From the NCBI RefSeq assembly GCF_026571515.1, contig NW_026855289.1, positions 62,001 through 126,000 on the forward strand: a stretch of 64,000 bases of DNA, written 5' to 3'. Made by a program: the position numbers and the translations under genes. The stretch's first letter is position 1. Each line of letters starts with the position of its first letter. The notes beneath the pieces were generated by a model. It ran no database searches and was not told the DNA's origin. It saw nothing but the letters and a program-made list of their open reading frames with translations. The DNA is from Ruditapes philippinarum (lineage: Eukaryota). Below are positions 41,521 through 56,000 of this stretch, piece by piece.

Positions 41521-44399
41521 TGTGTTAGAAATTAAGACAATAAACCAAAACCGATTGAACATAAGACTGACATACGGACGGACATGAGAAAAACGTGCTG
41601 TGAACTTCATTACAGGCAAAGCAATTATTCAAAAAAGTAAACAATATTATTCCTTAATACGGTGTTACCAGCTAATTAACGAGAGGAAATTAATTGATGA
41701 GATTATCAGCATTTGATCTATTGAATTAAATATTAAATCCTCTAATTGGAAATATCTCTAATTGGAAATATTGCTATAGCAACGCGCGAGCCTGATTGTA
41801 TGTGGAATCTTCCGTACATCGTTTAGTGAGCTTTTTTCGCAGAAACCTTAAATAACTATAACAATTGACAGTTCCTATACTACAATCAGCGAAATTAGAA
41901 TTAAAGATAAATATTCGACTTCATGAATATGATTTGCTGTGCGTGGTGAAACCGGACACGTTGGCCAAACATGATCTTTCGACTTCCTGAAACAGCCGGC
42001 TCACTTGATAATAAACATGTTGGCGATATCACATTATTTGAATTGTCAATGATTTGATAGTGGCCATTTCCTTATGAACATGTTACGTTCTGGTAAAATA
42101 AACATCATTTATGATTTTATGACACAAATAACTTTCCTTGAATAATGCACGCACTTTAATTGTGTGGAAACTAAATATAAATGTAATGATAGCTATCTGT
42201 CAATAAAATACATTATTTCCTCGAAAACGCCGGCTTTATACATGTATATAGACATTAAAATTTTAGGATTGGAAGCCTGGCGTCATAATTTCAATATTGA
42301 CGAAAATGAGTCACCCTAATAATTACGGGGAAAAACCTAGCGTTTAAAAATTAATAAATTATTAACTTAACTTAAAAGACAGTTAAAAGAGATACGAAAT
42401 CCCCAATGAACGCATGAAAATGTTGTAGGCTCGGTCTGATGAAAAGATATACAGTATGAAATTGAATTATAACATTGTAATATATAAATATTATATAGTT
42501 GTAATATATAAAGTTTTTACTGCAATCTCATTGAAAAAAAATTAAATGTAATAGCCCGCTCGATTAACCGCAACTAATTTTAAAATAACATGCTACCATT
42601 TCGAAATATACGGTTATAATAAACACCGTACTTTCAAAATAGTACTATATTTATTTTAAACTATCTAGACATGTACACGACTTATTTTGCAAGACGTATT
42701 AATCTCGTCTGATACCCTTGCTATCTACGTAAATAGCGGTGAAGGTATTTGATGACCAACATGCGTGACAATGAGTGTATTTAAAGTACTGTAAACCTTA
42801 TATATTGACGACTTACACACACATTGATTACATTTATTGAGGCTTACTTCAGATAGGAACTAGTCCGAAGTGGTACTTGTTTACTGTTTTACTTCCAAAG
42901 CTACTGTTAACTGCTAAGTACTGTTGAAGAACAAATCATTTTTTCGGATCGATTTACTGCATTTTCAGGTGAGTGACTTTTTTTCGTTGTTAATCGTTTA
43001 ATTATTATAAAAAAGTCCATTAGAATGTTTTTTTTCTGTCTATTTTATTTCTGTTGGTTTCTCTGTTTATCAGGTTTATAGTACATTTGACCAGTCACGA
43101 GATCATTTAACCAGTATACAAGCTTGAATATTTTTTGCATGCTAAACAATTGGCCGTTTTCATGTATGCATGGACTTTCATTTAGTTTACGATACACAGT
43201 TTACCTGAAAATAGTGGTTTACATTACTTTATAATTTTGAAATGTTTATCAATTTTCCATTTTTTCATACATGTATATACATGTTTATTTATCACAGGCA
43301 ATGACCTTTAAAGGTTATGACTAAATATCCTCAGCTTTAAAATAGATAAAAATCAGGATCAAAAGGAAATAGCAAATTGCTTAGTGTATACAAATTTATA
43401 CTTGAATAAATATGCAGTGATAAATTCAACATCCTTTACATATGCAACATGTATGCATTACTGTATATATAGAATAAAAACGTATTGTAGACGAGTATAT
43501 TGTTTCACTAATTTTCATATAATTTACATTTTATGTTTTTTATTATTTGTATGACGCCATACTTATTATAATGTTTCTCGATTGTTTTACGATTCAGTCT
43601 GCTTGAATTTTATATGCAAAATAATCTTCACGCTCGATAATTTCAACATTGTATTCATTAGACCTTAACCTAGATACTAAGTTAAAATTATTATTATATA
43701 CTTATAAAATAAATATTGAGAAATATTCATGAAATAAAATGCGTATTTTCATTTTCCGTATTTTCACTGCAGTGAATCATATTTTCTGTATTTTCACTGG
43801 TGTCTTGGCGGACTACTTTCTGCTTAATTCAGCCAATATACAAAATTTAAGGGAAAACCTTTCAAACTGGGATGTCAAAAAAGAGAAAAATGTATACAAT
43901 AAACCGAAAATTCTAGTTTTTTTTTCTATAAATACAGGATTCATTTTCATCTTGTGCTATGAAAATTATCATATTTCACTCATGGCTACTTGAATATCCT
44001 TTAATTATTAATTGGTTTGTTTTGGCTTTTTATGTTATTTGACCTTTGTTATGGTCATATGGCGACTTTATACAGGGTGACTTCATATGCCCTCTTCTGT
44101 ACATTAATGTAGACAGACGCAGGTGTCCGAATTAAACTACCGGTCTTTTGTAAAGGCGTTTGCCAAGAATGGTCAAGTTATCAAAAAATAATCTCCCCTT
44201 GATTATCACGAACAAAAGATATAGTAAACGGGTGCTGGATAGTCATTTTGTTCTTGAGGATCAAGGGGAGATTGTTCTATGATGACATGACTAAGACAAA
44301 TGTGCCGAACGCCAGTGAGTACTAGAGACAAAAACCAGCCTTGGTATCAAGTAGCAGTAAGCCCTCTTTTTAAATCTATGTGCATCATACAGAATATAC

Positions 44400-45085
44400 C
44401 TGCCATTAAAATTAGCTTTTAAAATGCCTTTTTATTTTCTTATCTATAGCCTTTAATGCATTTTGTAGTATTTTTATAGACATTATGTATGTCATTTTAT
44501 AAAAATATATCTTTAAAGAGCCTGTTTATACCTTTATTATGCATTCAACGTCTTTATATGACATTTCATGTTTTCATAATTATGTCCTTGTATATCTTAT
44601 ATAGCCTTTTGTATCTTTTAATAGCCTTTGATGCATTTAAATATCATTTCATGTTGTCATAATTATATCATTGTATATTGTATATCTTTACGTAGCCTTT
44701 TATATCTTTTCATAGCCTTTAATGCATATAAATCATTTTTGTTTTCAAACACTCTAGTATATTTTATAGCCTTTTATATCTTTTCATTGCCTTTAGGGTC
44801 TTTATAATATATTATATCATTTTGTCTTAATGTTGTATAATTATCTTTATATAGCCTTTTATATCTTTTCATAGTCTTAAATGTATCAATATATCATTTT
44901 TGTATTCTTGTACGCTTGTGTATCTTTATATAGCCTTTTATATCGTTTCATAGCCTTTTATGGATTTATGTGACATTGTCTGCTTTCATGTACTCTTGTA
45001 TATCGTTATATAGCCCTTATTGTCTTTATGTAGGCCTTCGCGACCCTATAAATATTTAAATAGGGTTTCATGTTCCTATATACCC
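44400..45085 (+). repeat. Degenerate AT-rich tandem repeat (ATAGCCTTT-ATATCTTT motif)
   Basis: TAGCCTTT recurs more than 10 times in paired fashion. Confidence 0.7.
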
Positions 45086-45090
45086 TTGTA

Positions 45091-46285
45091 TTTTTGTATT
45101 TTCTGATCGTAAGATCAGTAAATACATAGCTAACATCCACGGTCTAACACAAAATTTCCTCACAGTCCTAACAACGCAAAGTAGTTCTCACTCAAAATTG
45201 CTTAAAAACCAGCAATTTAAAAGAAAGAATAATTTTTAATGTAGGCATTTAACGAATTACAGTGCATTAAAAGTTTAGATTAGTCAACAGAAATATCAGG
45301 TTACAATCACAAATTTCGCGGATGAATATCTTTTTTACCCAATGAAAAATGTTCGGCTATTTCCGTAAAGCTTCGGATTATCATGAATATCATTTTAATC
45401 AATGAAAATGCTATTTTAAGCTATGTCGATTACCGAATACTCCAGAGCGTAGTACACTGTCAAGTAGTGTAATATATACATTTATCACACACCCGTGCCG
45501 ATTTTGCGGCTCCGTAAAAATGGTATTGCACGGCCGTGCATATATTTTGACGTGACGTCATTAGCGTTATACAAACATAGTGTAAAGACGCGCTAAATGT
45601 TAGCGTTATACTATAGGCGCGTCAATGAAAAATGACTCTTATTTCACTTTAAACGGTATTTATTTTGGGTATGTGATAAATAGAATATTAAATTCGTGTA
45701 AGTTCATTACTGAATTTATTGCACTCGTTGAATAAAATAATATTATGCTCGCCAGAGGCTCGCATAATATAATTTTATTCAACTCGTGCAATAAATTCAG
45801 TATTGAACTTACACTCATTCAATATCCTCTATTTTGTACATGCCGGACTGTTTTGGCGAGAAGATTTTCGCTAAATTATTTTCATCAGTGGTTAACAACA
45901 GGTTTATCGTGAACAAAATACCTCGAAATTAATAAGGATTACAAACACGAAATGGAAATTCTCAATTTAGAATATCATAATGTATTCGTTTTAATTCAAG
46001 GTACATATGTATTACTTCGCCATGGTGCAGAGGTAAGCGGTCTTGTTGAGGGTGTGAGAGGCCTATGGTTCAAATCCTAGTCGAGGCAATTCTATTTTTT
46101 TTTTCATGCAAAATTCCATATGTATCAATCTCAAACTGTTATAGAAGAAAATCAAAACGCTGTCGCTGCGTAAGATGAATTATAGTATATAAAAATAAAC
46201 TTATACAGGAAAGTACATACAGATAGTCAGTATGATTTAGATTGCAAAAATCAGAAAATACCTTAGAGCTGCAGCCCTTTGATTT
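45091..46285 (+). mobile_element. Diverged copy of the interior of the 12683..14484 element, including its tRNA-like unit (~46016..46103)
   Basis: Colinear matches TGTATTTTCTGATCG, GATTTTCGCTAAA, CTCGAAATTAATAAGGATTACAAAC, GATTTAGATTGCAAA-ATCAGAAAATACC and GCAGCCCTTTGATT. Confidence 0.8.
45481..45832 (-). mobile_element. Short (352-bp) form of the palindrome-ended Crypton-like element, nested in the homologous interior copy
   Basis: TTTATCACACACCC...GGGTATGTGATAAA IR followed by a ~150-bp palindrome ending CAATATCCTCTAT. The empty site corresponds to AATATATAGATTCTACATG at ~13512..13530. Confidence 0.8.
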
Positions 46286-47085
46286 CTAAATGTTTTCGTT
46301 TCTTTTTATCAGAGAACGTTAGTGAAATGTTAACAGTAATGTTGACTTAACGATAGAGAACTACTTTTTATCTGTTATCATACATGTATGAATATCTGGG
46401 TTAACTGGAGCATAATAAAGATGAAGCTTTTTCTTCTGTTTATGACAACGCATAAATTGACGTATGTGTCAACCTACGCGAGAAACTAAAATACCGGAAG
46501 TCGACAAAGGAAGCACCAATGAGTAATGTACATGTAGGTAAAACTAGGTTGCTACAGTTTGCAATAGAAATTAAACTCGTGTCGATGAGTTATTACAGTT
46601 TTGTGAAAAACAGTTTGAACGTTGATCACAATTGGCTACTTTCATCCCCAAAACCGCGTTCAATTTATTACAGTTTGGTGCAATGTGCACCTTTTCTAGC
46701 ATAAGTCCTTTATCATAAAATCCGCGTTACCTTTATTACATTTTTTTGCAATAATCATGCTATAAATGTACCCAGAACTTTAAAACACGCCATGGACACT
46801 TATGAACAGTACAAAAGTGAAGAAGAAAAACATATAATATCCTTTTTATCTCCTTTACTTAATTTTGGAAACTTCCGTGTTTAATTTAAATAGGAATCGC
46901 TGGTCACGTGATATAATCTGATATGATAGCCTGTGCGTTCCTTATTAGCAGCGCTTTCCTCGAATCCGGCTGAATTACATTCGTGGAATGTCATGTGAAC
47001 CAGACCATTTTGAAATACAATAAAATTACATGTTCTGATTTTTTTAAGGAGGAAGTCATCTGAAGAAGAATAAGGAAAAGTAAAA

Positions 47086-50000
47086 ATGGGTAATTATTTA
47101 TTTTATTAATTATCATTTAAGAATCTATTGTATTTCAAATTTTTAACTGTTCAATTTATATGTTTAAAGTCACGTACCGTTTGTTCAAACTTTGAAATTT
47201 ATGTTATATATATTTAGTATGAAAGAATTTGGAATTTTGCAAGAATCTATGGTATTTGAAATACCTTATCGATTATCCAAAGCTGTTAATCACGTGACTT
47301 ATTGATTTACTCTCACGTTATCGGGCTATCATATTTATTTGAGCCGCGTCACGACAAAACCAACATAATGGGTTTGTAACCAGCATGGATCCAGACCAGC
47401 CTGCGTTCGCTGTCAGTTTCTCTATTTGTTATAGGGTTTGTAAGCGAACAGCATGAGTCCTGATCAGACTGCGCAGATGCGCTGGCTGGTCTGGATCCAT
47501 GCTGGTCGCAAACGCGTTATGTTGGTTTTGTCGTGACGCAGCTCATTTTATTGTAGTTTGTTAATTTCCTGTCGAGGTCAGGTGAAATAACTGTTCAATA
47601 AATAGAATTGTGTCACGGTCACGTTTAAGAACAACAAAAAATGGAATGTTATAATCTTCGTATTGAAAACAGTTTTATATTGAAACTTGACAGTAGGGTT
47701 TTCATAGTAAATACATGTATATCGAAATTAGGACTCCAATGTTTTACAGGCTGCTGTATTCTTGTTTTGAAATAAAATATTTGATTACTGTATTTGATAG
47801 GTCAAGACTCTTGCGATATAAATGAAAAAAATCGTGCCATTTAGATAGAGTATGTCTCTGAAACTTCCTTTTTAGCTCGACTATTCAAAGATAGTTGTCC
47901 TTCCCTTCTCAACTGTGTGTCGTCGTTTGCGTCCGCTTAAAATTCACGTGCAACGTTTTTACGATTTTATTATCTCGTCAGCCAAGAAAATCGTTTCATG
48001 TATTTGAAATCATAATTGGAGGTGACTTTCCAAGATTCATAACTCCGGCATGTATTACTTTTTTTGAAAAATTTTGGTTAAAGTTTTGCATTTAACATAT
48101 TATGACTTTTGTACCAATATTGGAGGGCACATGCAAGACATATTCAACATTAATCTTCAATGCTACTGAAGGTACCCATTTGAAACCTCATACATGTCTT
48201 CAGGATCATAATTGAAGGTCACTGTCCAAGGCCCATAACTCTTGACATGGATTTTAAATAATAATAAAAAAAATAACCCTTTGTGAGCTTACAAAATGTT
48301 TGCCCATTTTCTAAGACTCATAACTATAACATATCGTCACCTTAGTGCAGTAACGGAATAAGTTCTTCTAAATTTAATAGGAGTTAATCAGTTGTTGCGC
48401 TAAGGTGACTTGAAAGTTATATTCCTTTTTGTTAATTTCTGCTCTTGTTTTATTTTGTCATTAGATGTGTTCACTGAATGCCGCACTTCCTTGTTGATCT
48501 TTACAATTGGTTTCATATTTTTCTTTGAATCACTCGTAGTACTTAGTTACGGAATGCCGTTAGGGCCATTGCCTATGAATGTGTTGATCTGAAACGCGAT
48601 AGTCGATAGTACGATGGTGAAAACGCGAAATCACGAAACTACGATGGTGAAAATGCGAAAGCACGATGATGAAAACGCGAAAGTACGATGATGAAAACGC
48701 GACAGTACGATACTACGATGATGAAAGCGCGATAAACTATCGTGTTTTCACCATCGTACTGTCGCGTTTTCACCATCGTAATTTCGTGATTTCGCGTTTT
48801 CATCATCGTACTGTCGTGTTTTCATCATCGTACTATCGCGTTTTCACCATCGTACTATCGCGTTTTCACCATCGTACTATCGCGTTTTCATCATCGTACT
48901 GTCGTGTTTTCATCATCGTACTATCGCGTTTTCACCATCGTACTGTCGTGATTTCATCATCGTACTATCGCGTTTTCATCATCGTACTATCGCGTTTTCA
49001 CCATCGTAGTTTCGGGATTTCGTGTTTTCACCATCGTACTATCGACTATCGCGTTTCAGATTTACACATTCATAGGCGATGGCCCTAACGGCATTCCGGA
49101 ATGCCGTTAGGGCCATCGCCTATGAATGGTTTGATCTGAAACGCGATACTCGACAGTACGATGATGAAAACGCGAAATCACGAAACTACGATGGTGAAAA
49201 CGCGACAGTACGATGGTGAAAACACGATAGTTTATCGCGCTTTCATCATCGTAGTATCGTACTGTCGCGATTTCATCATCGTACTATCGCGTTTTCATCA
49301 TCGTGCTTTCGCGTTTTCACCATCGTAGTTTCGTGATTTCGCGTTTTCACCATCGTACTATCGACTATCGCGTTTTAGATCAACACATTCATAGGCGATG
49401 GCCCTAACGGCATTCCGTACTTAGTCGACGGTCATGTTTATTCTCTAAGCTTGATGGTTGATTATTGTGTGTTCGCCTTTTCGCTTCTCGGAGCGAAAGT
49501 ACGACAAAATGTTGACTGCGTCATATTTTCGTAATTTTTGCATTTTTGTCCAGCGCAGCGAAAGTACGAAAAAATGTTGGCCCTGTAGAGCAAAAAAAAT
49601 CGTCAGGGCACAAATCAGTACCGTACTAAGGAAATATCCTATTAAAGTTAGTTATTTATTTCAAGGGTATATATCATATTATAAAGTATGTATATTGAGG
49701 AAGTAGAAAAGGGAATATTTTTTGTCTAAATAACTTTAATTTCAAATGCAAACAAAGTCGCTTCTTAAATTTCCTTCAAAACTTTATAAGTACTTCTTTG
49801 TCTGTTTTTTTTTTGTTAATTTTGCGTATTTGAAGCTATTTACCGCTATTTGAAAATGTAATGTCAAAGATTATATATAAAATTTCAATTCTTTTGAATA
49901 ACAATGACTTGTATTTAAGTCCATGAAAAGTATGGCACATGACGTGCTTTTTCCAAATAGTTTTTGTCACATCCGTATTTAATTTTATATCAAAACACAC

Positions 50001-53000
50001 CGTGAATAAATAAATACATGAAGTGAAAACAGTTAACAAAGACAAAGTCAGAAAGGTCTAATTAAGTGTTGCACTACTTAAAAAATGTGTAAGACCGACC
50101 CCTCCGCCCCCTTCCCCCAACAAGTCTCTCGATTATACCGTAATATGGCGGAATAGGCCGAAGATATGCCCGTTGATAAAGCGTGAGGAAAACAAAATGT
50201 TGGTTCTAGACAAGAAACTTTTTAGTCAGGTATGGTAGAAGACTCGTTAAAAATGTACTTCTATAGTGATACAGCCCAAACTTATTTTGTTTAAGAACAT
50301 TTAGAGATGACATAAACAAATTAAGAAGTAAAATTTATATTGAAAATCAAATTCGTCGTACATGTATTAAACGTTTATTTATTACTATTTTTCTGCAGCT
50401 CTAAGAAAACAAAAGAAATATGACTGGAAAGATTCGAACCTGGCACTGTTCGGGTCGGACACTGAACGACAGGTCAAAAGTAAGTTACATTTTCAACTAA
50501 CTTTGTATTTACGGAAGCAGACATGTCTTGACAATCTTTATTGGCCTATGAAGTTTTTTTATGAGTTTGATATAGCTTAATATGCTGTCCAGCTATTTCA
50601 AAGGTAATAAAACACGTTTACTATACAAAAGAATGATATTTTGTAAATTTTATATGGGTAGTTGGGGAAAATTTCTGTTTATAGTTTCATGCTATATTGT
50701 ATGAATACTGATTATATAAAGATACTGATTTTCAAGAACATGTTTTACTGGTGATTGGTCATGAATTATTAACGTCTTTTTACAGTGTGGGTTGGGTAAA
50801 AATAAATAAATAAATCACAACTGGCCGATGATTTCATAATCACATTAGTTGTACCCTAGTTCGCATGGGTCATATATTCACTGTTTACAATGTCAGTCGA
50901 AATAAAAACCGACAAATGCTAGTGTCCTTTTAATTCAATGGTCAATAAATTTATCTATTTTGCTAATTTCTGGTGTAAACCTGTAACAAAAATATTTGGA
51001 AAAACTTTCATAAAGATTCTTTAAATACTGTCTTGAAAATAAATATTTTCCAGTAAGCCTATAAAATTATATATCTGCAACTGAATCTTATTAAGCATTA
51101 TAATTATAACCATGACAGGGAAGTACTTAAATGCGTGTATGATAATCATGTCACTTATGATAATACACATTTTGTGAAAACATCGTGAAATTTAGACACT
51201 ATTCGATAATTTCCGTGTCTTGTAGAGATCTTAGAACCATTTTTAATTTGTACGTACAACTTTTAATATGTTCAATTGGTAGCGTGATAGCATGGGGTGC
51301 ACAAAGCGACCCCCACCCTCTCTTAAACGCGGAAGTTGACGAAATTTAACAACTTTTTCCCACCTGATATAAACTTAATAATAAATATTTTGTATAGATG
51401 ATAAATGTACCTGATAAAGTACATTATAAAAATCGTCTTAAACACTAAACCTCGCTAAATATCTTAAATGAAGTTGTCCAAAACCATTGATCATTTTGTG
51501 TATGGCCTGACTGAATAGCGAGCAGTGCAGACGGCATATACGTGCCAGCTGGTATTGGTCTATACTGGTTGCATAGGTATATTCGGTTGCCGCCAGCAGT
51601 CAGAAGCTATTGTGACTCTGGTACATATACATGTAAAGGAAATAACTTAAATGGTCCAGTACAGATTCGATCAGCGGCAACAATGATTAAGAGGGGTGGG
51701 TATTTTCAAGCAGTCAGTCCATCTAGATTACGTTTTATTATTATTTTACAGAGGAATCAGCTCAAACCGAGCCTGCCTGGAAAAATGTGGGACAAAAATG
51801 TGGGCTTCAGATCTGGAGAATTGTGGTAGGTAGTATTTGTAAGCCAACAGTTTTTCTTAGGGACATGATTTATTTTCTTTCTGAACATGTACACTACTTT
51901 CGCTTCTCGTATTTTAGAAAAAAAATAGTTATGAGCCGTTTTTGCGTCCGTGTCAAATCAGGGAAAATATAATAATATTGCCTGTACGTAAACTGACGAA
52001 GCTGATCGAAATCAAACTCACTTTTGAAGATTGTTATATCTTTGCTGTAGAAATTGTTTTCTTTCTATTTATCTTGACGCAATAAATTCAAACGTCACTT
52101 CAGAAGCGGTTTGTATTTTATGGGAATTTGTTACCATAAATTACACATTGAAATAGAAACTTGTACAATAAATCAAAGAAATTTTGAAAAAAGGAACATT
52201 CATAAATTTCACTTTTTTTTCTTCTTCAGAAATTCAAGGTCACATCATGGCCGAAAGAGGACTATGGAAAATTCTATGACGGGGACTCGTATATTGTACT
52301 CAACGTAAGTTACTATGTTTGTTAGAAACGAAAAAATAAATTCAGCCCCAATTATTTTTAGGGCCCTTTTCTAGTTTCTCAAAAGCCACTTATGGTACTT
52401 ATAGCTGAACAATCTTTGGCTTTTTTTACATTTTGACATTTAGTGCAGTTTTAGTGATTTATTATTTTGTACGGAAGCCTAAATACTATTTAGTTTAAAA
52501 TTTTGTTACTTTTAAGACACGTTATTCACATTTAGTGCTACTTTCTTTTCTTTAATTATTCACATTTAATGTTACTTTCTTTACTTAAATTATTCACATT
52601 TAAAGCTACTTACTTTAAGTGTTAACAATTTAAAGTGCTGTAAACCCATTATTAAAAAAGTATAAAGTTTGATCTCTCTAAAGAAGATAATACATGTCTG
52701 AGGCTTGCTGTGCCTTTAATAAAAATATATTAATAAAACTGTCAAAAACTTAAACAATTTAAGAGTGTAGCACAATTATACATTATACTGAGAAGTATTT
52801 CTTTACTATATCAACCAAGGCAACACAATTGTCCGCCTGACATCGTTATGATTTAAAGTTCAAAATTATTCACTATGTTGCATATCACATATAAAATTAT
52901 GATTTTATCATTTCATATTCATCTTCAGACATACAAAGAGGAGGGTACAGAAGTACTTCTATACGACGTCCATTTCTGGATCGGACAATACAGTACCCAG

Positions 53001-56000
53001 GACGAATACGGTACCGCAGCTTACAAGACCGTCGAACTCGACACATACCTTGACGATGTCCCAATACAACACCGTGAAGTCCAGAACCATGAGTCCGAGC
53101 TGTTCCGAAGTTACTTCAAAACTATCACGTGAGTCTGTCTTATTTACTCATTGGTCAGTTAAACTTTACCATTATTTTAACACTTTTGATGACCTTGGTC
53201 ACCTTTATTAACTCAAAAATTTATTCTTATTTTCAAACACTTAAGAACTTTGTTTTACTTTCATAAAATAAATAAACAAAACATCAATGCAAATGACATC
53301 ACATACCAATGTGATTTTTTTTCTATGGTAAGGCTAAACCATCAAAATGGCGATGGTTAACGTGTATACCTCTCCACCCAGGAATGGTGGGTACGACCCA
53401 CACTTTGGTGTGTTTGGTCAACACCATATTTCCTCAGAAGACACCAGTAATTAAGCGATCTCTGGAGTTGTTAAAATTTGCTCCAACCTTTAACATTCAG
53501 CAAATAAAATGTTTAAACCAATAACAAAAAACGTTCAGAACCTCACGTCCACAATGGAAACAAAAACTTTTCGGTTTCATTAATATATAATTGTTGAAAC
53601 GTTGTACTGTACACGTACTGCACTAAACTGAGTTGTAGCTGTTTTTTGCAATTGTTTAATTAGGATCTTGAAGGGTGGCGCAGACAGTGGATTTAGGCAA
53701 GTAAAACCAACAGAGTATGAACCCCGCCTTCTTCATTTCCATGGTGACCGCTATGGTGTGAAAGTATCTCAGATAGAGAGGAACAAGGGTAATTTGGACA
53801 ACACAGATGTATATATACTGGACCTTGGCTTGAAACTCTATCAGTGGAATGGGTCAGGGGCAAATAAAGACGAAAAACATAAGGTAAGTAATTTTGATGC
53901 ACGCTCAGCATTGTTAAATCAATCAACGTTGCTAAATAGATGTAGAACTGAAATACTTGCACTTTAATTGCTAGAAATACTGAGCTAATTTTAAAAGTGT
54001 CCATTGCTAAACAATCATGAGATGTATTTAACATTGCCAAAATATTTTGAGATGTATTCATACATGTACTATTAAATATTGCTGAAAATAACGTTGGCAT
54101 CTAAGACGGTAAGACGATGCTACTTTTAGCATCGCTATAACCTTAAAATATATTTATTATTTCCAAATTACTCTCAGATATGCACAAAATTGCTGACCAT
54201 ATTTGATCTGCATTCAATAGAAAGTAGTACTTTGTAATTTTATCACGAATATATGTGTATAGGCATTTTTTTTAAAAATACTAAACTTAATTATACTTAA
54301 AAGCACGGATGTGATTGGTTAAGAAAACTTACATTCAACCTAAGTTTTATATTTTAGGCAATGCAGTACCTGTTAGCATTAAAAGACGAACGAGGCGGCA
54401 AATGTAAAACGGAAACATTGGATGAAGACCCTAATGACCTTGATGTAAGTATACCTATCAAAACAATACTTGTTGCAGTCTGCCATTACATTTTCCTCCC
54501 CCCCCCCTCGAATGGAACATAGACTTATTGCCCCCCCCTCCCCCAACTTGCTGTTCAAAGCGTTCAGTTTACTTCAGACCACGTTATTCTGTGACGCACT
54601 GACGTTGCAGTTGTGCACAACTTATAATTATATGACCATATATAACTTTTTGGAAAATCACTTGATTAACTTAAAGATATTGTACTGGAATGGTTTGAAA
54701 TTTCTCCTTTCTTTTAAAACTCTGTTATATCACATAAAAACAACTTAAAATGTGTTATACGTTACTATTTTTAGAACGAGTTTTATGATGCTTTGACTGA
54801 AGATAAGGGTGATCTGGAGGAGGAATCCGGGCCTGCCGATAAAACCACAGAGCTTTACAGGTAAAAGAGCGCAGCGTTTTTGTGTATTTCATCTACAAAT
54901 CGTATAAATTCAGGAAACATGATAATTTACCGCAGAATATATTGATTTTAACGCAGGCTATAAACTGATAGCATTGAATAATTTATAGGTGGACTAGTAA
55001 CTCACTATTGTCCGATTTTATAAAGCTGGAATAACTATTGCCGATTTTATAAAGCTCGTCAGGTACATTATGATAATACGTTCATTGAACAGAATACATT
55101 AAACTTCGATAGGTCTTTGATAGTGTTGACAAAATTCGGCTATAAATAAGAAAAAATGTACATTTTCCTGCTAACTTTCAATCTCCTACGCAGTGATCTC
55201 CCCTTATCAGTACAATCTGCCAAGGGAGGTAATCACTGTGAGGAGTTAGGTGATCGTACTTAAATCTGTCCGCTGGTAATGATGTCTACTGAGAATTACT
55301 GGTGGCAGCTCTTGTTAAAGTACAGAATTGTGATCCAATGATTGTTCTTTTTTATTTAACAGATTGTCAGACGCTTCCGGAAAAATGAAAATGACCAAAG
55401 AAAAAAGTGGAAAAATTGAAAAGAAAGATTTTGACAGCAATGTATGTTGATCATTTTATAGAATTCTTTTTAGTTAGGTTTAACGTCACACCAACACAAT
55501 AAAGTTCATGTGGCGACTTTCCAGCCTTACTGGTGTAGGAATCCTTCAGGTGCCCCTCCGTGCATTATTTCAGGCACAAACAGGCACCTGAATAGAACCA
55601 CTGACGTTCTGTAAGGTAGCCGGATAGCTTTCTCACATGAAAGAATTAAAGTCCCTGGCGAGATTCGAACCCATAGTGGTGAGAGGCAAGTTGTTTGAAG
55701 TCAGCGACCTTAATCACTTAACCACGGATGCCTTATTCGTAGAATTAGATTGTAGGTTCGGATAACTAGCCAATTAGCCTTTGCCACTAGTATAAATACA
55801 GGCCAACCTACACAACCGCCCAGTAAACGCACGGTTAGTTTAATTGGTAGAGGAATGGACAGTGAATCATGCTTTTTACAATCATACAATCACTGTACCT
55901 CTACTCTGGCATGAACAGAAGTAATATCAGTTCCTTGCGAAAGTGAATGCAACTAGTACTGGTAAACTGCTTGACAGCCTGCCAAGGAACATGCCGTGGC

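Noticed and set aside
48666-49088. 140-aa repetitive ORF or CRISPR-like 22-bp repeats
   Set aside because: Head-to-tail repeats without spacers inside a TIR/TSD-bounded MITE; the ORF is a by-product.
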